From the sequence record DRR723986_18833: DNA of 47,836 nucleotides; one strand, given 5' to 3'. Positions 29,501 through 37,678 of the stretch are shown in pieces. Under the pieces are notes generated by a model that saw only the letters and a list, made by a program, of their open reading frames with translations, made no database searches and was not told the DNA's origin. The translations under genes and the position numbers were made by a program. Numbering within the stretch: position 1 is the first letter of the stretch; the number at the start of each line of letters is the position of its first letter.

Positions 29501-29787
29501 ACCAGCAGATTGGAGATCCATTTATTTTTAAATCGGACTTCGTGAAACTTAGAAACGTTTCCATTTCCTATAACCTCACAGAGGCTGTAAGTAATGTGCC
29601 ATTCATGAAGTTTGTAAAAGGTCTTTCTGTCTCTGCGGCTGCAAGGAATTTAGCTATCCTTTATAAAGACTTCCCAGGATTAGACCCTGAGGCAGTGCAG
29701 TCATCCGGTGACTTTAGAGCAGGTTATGAAAACTCCTCATTGCCTACCACCAGAAATTTCAATTTGAGCTTAAATGTTAAATTCTAA
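26524..29787 (+). CDS. susC: SusC/RagA TonB-dependent outer-membrane transporter
   Basis: CarboxypepD-like N-domain, EEVVVTALG, plug [35 protein letters not shown], C-terminal Phe. Confidence 0.97.
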   Translation: [1087 protein letters not shown]

Positions 29788-29791
29788 TATT

Positions 29792-31345
29792 ATGAAATCG
29801 ATAAGATACTATATCCTCGCTATTTCTGCCATTATTTCCCTTAGTGGATGCGATAAGGATTTTATAGATATAAATACAAATCCGTACGCAGTAACGGACA
29901 TTGATCCGGCCTTGCTCTTCGCAGGGGCTCAACGAACTCCCTTGGGAGGTTATGCAGCTGAACACACGATTGTACAACAATTCGTCAATCCATATAATCA
30001 AGGAGCAACATTAGGCTTCAACTTTAATGAAGATATTGACGGGTTAAGTAATGGTAAATGGAATTTGTCCTATCCTGGACCTATCAAAAACATGAACCAA
30101 GCGATTGCTCTTTTAGGAAAGGACACTGATCGCACCAACCTGCTAAATATGATTAGAATTTGGAAAGCTCAAGCATTTATGGGACTGGTGGATTCCTATG
30201 GAGATGTACCCTATTTCGAAGCAGGAAATGCAGTAATAGACGGGGTGTTTTTCCCTGCATACGATGACGATCAAGCCATATACATTGATCTTCAGAAAGA
30301 ACTGTCAGAAGCCATTGCAGGATTGAATTCCGGAGCTGACTATGTACCCGAAGATCTTTTCTTTGGCAATAATAGTGAAAGCCCCGCGGGTAGTGCGCCG
30401 GCGCAAGTAGAGCAATGGAAAAAGCTAGGAAACTCTCTTCTCTTAAGGCTAGGAATGCGATATAGCAAGATTGACCCCTCAAAAGCTCAATCGATCGTCT
30501 CCCAAGCTTTCAATGCGGGTGTGATGAATTCAAATGAAGACAACGCCTATGTCAAGTACGATGGAACCTTATATGCACAGGGCGACAATAATAACTTGCG
30601 AAATTTTTCCTATTTCAACTATGCTGCTGAGCCTTTCGTGAATCAACTCAAATCAACTAATGATCCTCGTGCTCCATATATCATAGCTACTTTTGAGGAC
30701 CCCGCCGCAGTAGCGAACGATTTGAATCCTGATACAGATTTAGAAAATCAATTTGGCGTGCCTATAGGAGTCATTAGTACAGTTCTAGCTGATCCGAATG
30801 GTGATTACAGAGGATCGAGAGGTGGTGGTCTTAACTATTCACAAATGAATATCTATTCGGTTGCAGCCCCTGATGCTCCTGACTTTTGGGTGACTTATGC
30901 GCAAACTTCTTTGCTACTCGCAGAAGCAGCCCACAGAGGATGGGTAACTGGTTCTGCCCAGACGTATTATGAAAATGGAATTAGAGCAGATTTGAAGAAT
31001 TATGATCGATATCCACAAACGGATCCAATAACTGCTGAGCAAATTGCGGCATATTTGGAGCACCCTGATGTCGCCTTCAATTCGACTAATGCCTTGGAAC
31101 TGATAAACACTCAATATTGGGTGGTAAATATCAGAAATGGTACAGAAGCTTTTGCGAATTTTAGAAGGAGTGGCTATCCAAGCTTAAGTCCAAATCTAGC
31201 CAACAATAATTTGAATGGTGGCTTTGTACGAAGATTTTCCTATCCTGACGAAGAAGGCTCCACCAATACCAAGAATTATACCGCTGCTGCAACGGCAATC
31301 GGAGGGGATAATTTACTATCCAGAATATTTTGGGATGCGCAGTAA
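29792..31345 (+). CDS. susD: SusD/RagB glycan-binding lipoprotein
   Basis: Start moved to ATG 29792; lipobox LSGCD, INTNP, YGDVPYFEA, WKKLGNSLLLR, EAFANFRRSGYP, IFWD. Confidence 0.95.
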   Translation: MKSIRYYILAISAIISLSGCDKDFIDINTNPYAVTDIDPALLFAGAQRTPLGGYAAEHTIVQQFVNPYNQGATLGFNFNEDIDGLSNGKWNLSYPGPIKNMNQAIALLGKDTDRTNLLNMIRIWKAQAFMGLVDSYGDVPYFEAGNAVIDGVFFPAYDDDQAIYIDLQKELSEAIAGLNSGADYVPEDLFFGNNSESPAGSAPAQVEQWKKLGNSLLLRLGMRYSKIDPSKAQSIVSQAFNAGVMNSNEDNAYVKYDGTLYAQGDNNNLRNFSYFNYAAEPFVNQLKSTNDPRAPYIIATFEDPAAVANDLNPDTDLENQFGVPIGVISTVLADPNGDYRGSRGGGLNYSQMNIYSVAAPDAPDFWVTYAQTSLLLAEAAHRGWVTGSAQTYYENGIRADLKNYDRYPQTDPITAEQIAAYLEHPDVAFNSTNALELINTQYWVVNIRNGTEAFANFRRSGYPSLSPNLANNNLNGGFVRRFSYPDEEGSTNTKNYTAAATAIGGDNLLSRIFWDAQ

Positions 31346-31376
31346 AAATAAGCGCATTAATAAAGTAAATAGATTT

Positions 31377-31409
31377 AAATCTAGCTGGGGATCCGGCTAG
31401 ATTTTTTTT
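31377..31409 (+). terminator. Rho-independent terminator after susD
   Basis: AAATCTAGCTGG-ggat-CCGGCTAGATTT, with the T-run continuing to 31409. Confidence 0.85.
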
Positions 31410-31749
31410 CTTTTAGCTCTTCTTATTATTTCTGTAAATCTCAGTGACAGGAATTTCTTTAAAACAAAAGAAACAGAACTTCTTTGAAAGCATTATGGGA
31501 TGAAAGCTCCAAATTCAATAAAAAATCAGTAAATGAGAGTTAAAATTAGAAATAAACCTTTGATTTCGAATCCCTCTACAATCTCGTATTATCCGTAGGT
31601 CACGAGGGGTACGAGCAACTTTATCGTTTTGAAAATTTGACAGAAATACTAACGGTTTTCACTAGATAAAAAACTGGGACACACCCCTAAAAGAACTCTT
31701 AACACTATTCATTTCAACCAATTGTAGGTCAAGTGTTACTGCCGAAATT

Positions 31750-34700
31750 CTATTTAATTAATTTACTTGGTGCATATCCAAATTGCTCCTTAAATCTCCT
31801 GCTGAAATAAAGAGGATCATTGAACCCCACTGCGTTAGCAACCTCTGACACATTGTAATTCTTGGTTTTCAATAAGGAAGCTGATTTTTTCAATCGTATT
31901 GTCCTTATGAACTCATTTGGCGACATACCTGTAAGCTCTGTGATTTTACGATAGAGTTTTGATGAACTAAGGCCAATTTCTGAACAAAGAAATGCAGATG
32001 TAAGCTCCGAATTGGATATATGCTCTTCTATGATTTCTTTAATTTTTGAAATCATGTCAATGTCTATCTGTGAATGCGCCAAGCTGGTCACATCACTTTC
32101 GGTTTCTTCGGAAAAGCGCTGTTTCAATTCGATTCGGATTTTGATGATATTATCTATTCTGGATTTTAGTAGATAGGGATCAAATGGTTTGACCACATAT
32201 CCATCTATTCCTATTTTGTATCCTTTAATCCTATTTTCATTTTCACTCAGGGCAGTCAACAAAACAATGGCAGTATGAGAGATTTTTTCATCACTTTTGA
32301 GCGCATTTACAAATTCGAAACCATCCATAACTGGCATCATCACATCTACCACGCAAAGAACCGGTTTGATCTTGTGACAGAGCTCTAATCCTTCTTTTCC
32401 ATTCTCCGCGCCATATACTTGGTAAAATGGGGAAAGAAAGTCGATAACATAATTGCGAAGGTCAGTGCTATCATCTATCACTAAGATGGTGGATTTCACA
32501 TCCGTATTCGAATTTTGCGGAGTATACACGCCCTGAGGATAGAGGGACTTAGTAAATCCCAAACTAACGACCTCTTCTTTTTCAACAAGTTCGGTAGAAA
32601 TTTCATGGCTCTCAAAAGCATCTTTTGAGATGGGGAATTCTACCGTGAATATACTTCCTGAAGTCGTAGAGCTTTTAACTGAAACTTTGCCTCGATGAAT
32701 ATCTACCAAAGATTTAACAAGAGCCAAACCAATGCCGGTTCCTGTCGTGTTTTCCTTACTATTGGAAGCCTGATAAAACCTTGAAAACACCTTTTCCTGA
32801 CTTTCGAGAGGGATACCAATGCCATTATCGCTAACCTCTACAATTAGTGTTTTAGAGTCTTGTTCTTTCACTCCAACATATAAATCTACGTGCCCATGAG
32901 AGTTGGTGAATTTCAAGGCGTTCGATAATAGATTGTATAAGATCTTACTGTATTTGTCGATATCTATCCAGCATTCAATCCTCTCATCTTCAGAATTGAA
33001 ATTGAAATTAATATTTTTGGACTGAGCCAATTCCATAAAGGAATAAAATACATTGTTGGTGTAGGGCAGTATATCAATTTTCACCACTTTTAAGTTGATC
33101 TCTCCTGTCTCTGCACGCCTGAAATCGAGTATTTGATTGACCAACCTTAAAAGCCTATTTGTGCTATGGTTGATTAGATTCGCCTTGTTCTTGACAAAAT
33201 CATTGCTGGTTTCATGCTCCAAAATCTGCTTTACAGGCCCTTGGATTAAGGAAAGTGGGGTTCTTAATTCATGGGAAATATTGGTAAAGAATCTCAGCTT
33301 ATCATTGTTAAGTTTCTCATCCCGTTCCCGCTTGACTTTTTCAGTTAACAGCTCATGACGTAATTTGATACGAACCTTGATTTGCCTTCTTGTGAAGAAT
33401 ACGATTAGACCCAAGACGAACAATATCAATACTATCCCTTCGGAACTTGCCCAAAAAGGAGGTAGAATCTTGATGCTGTATGATGATACCTCACTCCATT
33501 TTCCGTCGCTATTACTTGCCTTAATCTGGAAATTATATGTACCCCAAGGCAAATTGGTATATTGAACTAGCCTGGAATTACTATTGGTTTCAATCCATTC
33601 TTGATCAAATCCTTCCAGCATGTATTCGTATTTATTTAAACGCTGGTTAGTAAAGGAGGCAGTTGAAAATTGAATTGAAAAGTTTCGATTTCCGTAGGTT
33701 AGCGTGGCACTTCTGGAATAATTCAGATCTTTCTTTAAAGGAACTTGCCCGTTTAATTGCAATCCAGGCAATACCAATTCATTATCCACTTTAAACTCTG
33801 TGATTATGGGTTTGGGAGACCATTCATTCTCTATAATGGTTTTTGGTGAAAAGTATATTATTCCGTTTTTCCCTCCCAAATAGATATTTGAATTATTTAA
33901 ATTATAAAACCCGCTGGAACTGAAGATATCAAGTCTGTTCCCGCTATTTACATTGTAGATGGTAGCTTGATTGTTTCCTACATCATACCTTGATATTTTA
34001 TTATTGTTCAGATTCAGCCACAGATATCCATTTATATCTTCCACAATATCAGTCACCCAGATCCCGTCCAATTCCCTAGCTTCTGATTTTGGCTTAAAAT
34101 CCTTAATGGCGGGATCGTAAACTGCAAGTCCCTTTCGCGTGGCTGCCCAGATTATTCCCCTGGAATCAATAAGAATATCACTTACATTCACATGAGGAAG
34201 CCCAGTGCCAGCATTCGTCTTTTCGCCATACACTGTGGTTTCCTGAGTGTTGACCTCATATTGCACCACTCCTGTTTCAGTAGCAAACCATAGATTATCA
34301 TCATTATCCACAGCCACTTTATTGACATCGTAACCCTCCACCAGATATACAGAGGGTTCTAAAGATTCCTTACCCAAAAGAACAGCTCCCTCTCCAAAGG
34401 AACATACTATCAACTCGTCCTTGTACTCCAATATGTTGAAAATGGGGGAGTTCTTGAACCCTACGTCTAGTACTGAGGACGCTTTTTGAAGGGAATTGTA
34501 AACCAGTACTTTTCCATTCCATAACCCACAGTAAAAGGTGGTACCGTCATAGGAGTAAATACTGGCAATGTCATATTTCCTTGGTAAAAGCGGGACAAAT
34601 TCCCCCTCCTCTGAAATGAAAAGACCATTATGTCTGGTGGCTACTACAGTTTCATCCAAATTAGTTTTGGCAAATCCCCTGATTCTTGGAGCTTGATTTT

Positions 34701-35787
34701 GGATATACTTCGAGATGTCTTTATTGATCTTAAATTGGTTTTCGTAGGGATCATACTTGTCCAGACCTTCTTCCGTACCGATCCATAGCACGCCAGAAGG
34801 GTCAAAATAAAGTGCTGAAATCAAATTGTCCACAAGCGACTTATCCTCAGAAAGCACAGAAAAATACCATTGATAATCTCCTGCCTGAATATCTTCCAAA
34901 GCCTCACAAACCAATAAGCCCCCGAGGGTTCCTACCCAATATTTACCATCTGGCGCCTGCGCAACAGAGAGAAAATATGGCCCCAATTTGCCTCTCACTT
35001 CAGCATCTTCGATTTGCAAATTCACGAAACTATCCAAGGCAGGATCAAACTTATACAACCCCGTACGCGTGCCAACAAACATGTCCCCTTTTCCATCCTG
35101 ATAGATGAAATACAAATAAGGGTTTACCGATGATGACCCGTTGATAGGTATAGTAAAGTATTTGATTTCGGAAATCATACCAGTACTTCCAAGAGTAATT
35201 CTAGCTACACCGCCTGTATCATAGGAACCTATCCAGATGTCCCCATTTTTATCTTCAAAAATCTCCTTGACGTAAGTGAAACCCTCTAGTGGCACTTTGC
35301 TGAAGGTATTTTTATCCGGTTCAAACATAAATAGGCCGGCATCCTTTGTACCTACCCAAATCCGGCTAAAATTATCTATATAAACTGCACGAACCTCCTC
35401 ATCAGGAAGGCTGTTGGGGTTAGTTGGATCAGAAAAATAGGTGGTAAAAGACTGTGTTTCTAAATCCAGATGTGACAATCCTCTTCGGGTGCCTATCCAA
35501 AGGCTATTGCTTGCACTATCAAGTTTAACAGCGGTGATATCATCATTGGGAATAGTATTCTTTCCTTCATCATTACTCAGATAGTTCTGAAACTGGAATC
35601 CATCAAAACGATTTAAACCATTAAAGGTGCCCAGCCAAAGAAACCCTTGATTGTCCTGAACAATATGTCGGATAGAATTATGAGACAGGCCATCTTTGTC
35701 ATTGTAATGCTGAAACTCTAAACTCTGGGAATAAGCACTTACGATTGAAATTGCAACAAATAAACTTATGACTAAAAACCTCCTCAT
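31750..35787 (-). CDS. Hybrid two-component system sensor-regulator (beta-propeller, Y_Y_Y, HisKA, HATPase, REC, AraC HTH)
   Basis: Reg_prop repeats (LWLGT.NGL), YTNLPWGTY, FFTNISHELRTPL, NLLSNALKF, GTGIGL, DVMMP, GFNDPLYFSRRFK. Confidence 0.97.
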   Translation of the reverse strand: MRRFLVISLFVAISIVSAYSQSLEFQHYNDKDGLSHNSIRHIVQDNQGFLWLGTFNGLNRFDGFQFQNYLSNDEGKNTIPNDDITAVKLDSASNSLWIGTRRGLSHLDLETQSFTTYFSDPTNPNSLPDEEVRAVYIDNFSRIWVGTKDAGLFMFEPDKNTFSKVPLEGFTYVKEIFEDKNGDIWIGSYDTGGVARITLGSTGMISEIKYFTIPINGSSSVNPYLYFIYQDGKGDMFVGTRTGLYKFDPALDSFVNLQIEDAEVRGKLGPYFLSVAQAPDGKYWVGTLGGLLVCEALEDIQAGDYQWYFSVLSEDKSLVDNLISALYFDPSGVLWIGTEEGLDKYDPYENQFKINKDISKYIQNQAPRIRGFAKTNLDETVVATRHNGLFISEEGEFVPLLPRKYDIASIYSYDGTTFYCGLWNGKVLVYNSLQKASSVLDVGFKNSPIFNILEYKDELIVCSFGEGAVLLGKESLEPSVYLVEGYDVNKVAVDNDDNLWFATETGVVQYEVNTQETTVYGEKTNAGTGLPHVNVSDILIDSRGIIWAATRKGLAVYDPAIKDFKPKSEARELDGIWVTDIVEDINGYLWLNLNNNKISRYDVGNNQATIYNVNSGNRLDIFSSSGFYNLNNSNIYLGGKNGIIYFSPKTIIENEWSPKPIITEFKVDNELVLPGLQLNGQVPLKKDLNYSRSATLTYGNRNFSIQFSTASFTNQRLNKYEYMLEGFDQEWIETNSNSRLVQYTNLPWGTYNFQIKASNSDGKWSEVSSYSIKILPPFWASSEGIVLILFVLGLIVFFTRRQIKVRIKLRHELLTEKVKRERDEKLNNDKLRFFTNISHELRTPLSLIQGPVKQILEHETSNDFVKNKANLINHSTNRLLRLVNQILDFRRAETGEINLKVVKIDILPYTNNVFYSFMELAQSKNINFNFNSEDERIECWIDIDKYSKILYNLLSNALKFTNSHGHVDLYVGVKEQDSKTLIVEVSDNGIGIPLESQEKVFSRFYQASNSKENTTGTGIGLALVKSLVDIHRGKVSVKSSTTSGSIFTVEFPISKDAFESHEISTELVEKEEVVSLGFTKSLYPQGVYTPQNSNTDVKSTILVIDDSTDLRNYVIDFLSPFYQVYGAENGKEGLELCHKIKPVLCVVDVMMPVMDGFEFVNALKSDEKISHTAIVLLTALSENENRIKGYKIGIDGYVVKPFDPYLLKSRIDNIIKIRIELKQRFSEETESDVTSLAHSQIDIDMISKIKEIIEEHISNSELTSAFLCSEIGLSSSKLYRKITELTGMSPNEFIRTIRLKKSASLLKTKNYNVSEVANAVGFNDPLYFSRRFKEQFGYAPSKLIK

Positions 35788-35919
35788 TTTTCTACACCTG
35801 TATTTATCGGCAATTTACTTGAACTTACTGTACTTAACCTATCCTAACCTATCCAACTCCTATACTTAGAGAATTCTGCGAAAGAACTATTCTGTCAAGG
35901 TTCTATAACTATGTAATGA

Positions 35920-37584
35920 TTACAAATCCCCATCGATCAATGGCCAGGAATCGAAATCCCGATTAAGATTTTGATCATCTTCCGAAATCATCACCCACTG
36001 CTCTTTTTTAGCTTTTACATCAAACTTGAGTAGTGGGCCATCAGGAAATTGAAATTGATTGTGGAGTAGATCTAAATCAGAATTCACACCCAATACTTTC
36101 TCAAAAATAGCAGCGGGTTCAACGTCTTCAAATACAGCTAGCAAGCCGAAATTTTCAATAGTATAAACCACTGTGGTTACATTATCGGGCCCCGAATAAA
36201 CCGACCAATTTCCTTTCTTTTCAATAGCTTGCATACTTTTCGGAACCGAGACAGCACCGGCGGCGCAGGCAAAATTCTTATAAACTCCTGTATTGTTCCA
36301 TGCCATGAAATCGTCACCCGGACCTGAAAGGTGAATCGTCTCGGAGAGAAGATCCGCACTGTCATTGAGAAAAAGACAAATCGGCCTAGTTACGATTTCT
36401 GATCGCTTGCCTCTATTTACTCCTCCTGAACTAATGAGAAAATGCTTTCCGGCACTGCTAATCTCCGGTGAAGCTTTGGGTCCGTGACCTTGGCGTATAA
36501 AATAACCATCACCCTTATCAAATAAGATCTCCACAAACTTGTCTGCCGGACGATAAGGCATACATGCGCCCATCATCGCATGAATGGCTGCTACCCCGAC
36601 GTTTCGATCATATTCTTCTATTTCAGAGAAACTCAACCAGGATTTTATGAAGGCAGCGTGGTAATCCGTAGTAAGTTCCTTAATGCCTGCTTTTTCATAC
36701 CTCCTCCGCATCGGAGGAAAATGTTTTAAGTTTAAACTACTCAAAGCATAACTCCAGTTGATGTAATCCAACACATCCCTAGCCGATTTGCTGACATCTT
36801 TGGAAGCAAAAGCTTCGAGGTTCAGTAAAGCAGTAATGGTGTAGGCTAAATATGGAATGGAATTAAATTCAACCAGGCCATTGGTTTTCATTTCCTCCAT
36901 AAGGAAAAGAAGCTTTTCCTCCATCCCATTTTTCGCATTGTCGTAGTGATTATCTTGATTTCCATGAAGCCTGATCCATCTGTTTTTCAGATAGCGGGAA
37001 CCCTCTGTCATCAGCATATGATTTTCAGTTTCCATCACCAAACCCAAGGTTTTTGGAGCTGTGTAACTGAAATTACCTCCTTCTTCTGATAATAATACCT
37101 TTAGTAAATGCGCTTTGGTTTCAGGGAAAAGGAGAGTTGAGTCCTCTCCGAATTTCCATAATATGGTCGTAAGGATAGTAAGAGGGAAATCGTAATCTCC
37201 CTTTGGGTTCATAATCCAAGAAGAACCAACATTCCCCCATACAGTCATCTTCTGAAGTATTTCATTCACCTCAGAAACATTTTCTTTCAATATCAGTCTC
37301 GCTAATAGAATGCGGGTTGTATTTCCCTTGCCAAAAAGCATGTCATCCGTAATGGGCATTTTGGCAATGCTACGGTAAATGCTGTCCGCAAAAGCAGATT
37401 CCTTTTTCCATACTAGAGTCCTTTCGTAAGGAACAGCAATATTTCCCGGACTCATCTCAACATCACGATAGTTGATTGGACCCAAAGCCTGAGACCTAAG
37501 TTGCTTGTTATTGAACAGGATCAATAATAGCAAGATGCCAAAAGGCATGATAATCAGGTACTTTTTCACTTTGTTCATCTGCAT
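35920..37584 (-). CDS. Exported hypothetical protein in a PUL; possible alpha/alpha-toroid enzyme
   Basis: 554-aa ORF with an N-terminal hydrophobic segment, co-oriented between GH92 and the HTCS; motifs ETENH and EFNSIPY. Confidence 0.7.
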   Translation of the reverse strand: MQMNKVKKYLIIMPFGILLLLILFNNKQLRSQALGPINYRDVEMSPGNIAVPYERTLVWKKESAFADSIYRSIAKMPITDDMLFGKGNTTRILLARLILKENVSEVNEILQKMTVWGNVGSSWIMNPKGDYDFPLTILTTILWKFGEDSTLLFPETKAHLLKVLLSEEGGNFSYTAPKTLGLVMETENHMLMTEGSRYLKNRWIRLHGNQDNHYDNAKNGMEEKLLFLMEEMKTNGLVEFNSIPYLAYTITALLNLEAFASKDVSKSARDVLDYINWSYALSSLNLKHFPPMRRRYEKAGIKELTTDYHAAFIKSWLSFSEIEEYDRNVGVAAIHAMMGACMPYRPADKFVEILFDKGDGYFIRQGHGPKASPEISSAGKHFLISSGGVNRGKRSEIVTRPICLFLNDSADLLSETIHLSGPGDDFMAWNNTGVYKNFACAAGAVSVPKSMQAIEKKGNWSVYSGPDNVTTVVYTIENFGLLAVFEDVEPAAIFEKVLGVNSDLDLLHNQFQFPDGPLLKFDVKAKKEQWVMISEDDQNLNRDFDSWPLIDGDL

Positions 37585-37678
37585 AATTCATACATTCCAC
37601 ATTCCCCTTCGGTTTTGACCAACCGACTCGCCCCTTAATCCCATTCATTTCCCTGTCCTCAATTTCAATCTATCGGAC

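Noticed and set aside
31561-31695. TTCGAATCC (31565-31573), tRNA T-arm-like, in the gap between the convergent PULs
   Set aside because: Lacks the preceding GG and stem, with no cloverleaf or acceptor stem; too weak to call a tRNA or att site, though a decayed junction scar is possible.
35835-35854. Tandem 10-mer TAACCTATCC x2 upstream of the HTCS
   Set aside because: Two copies only, with no further occurrences noticed; function unsupported.
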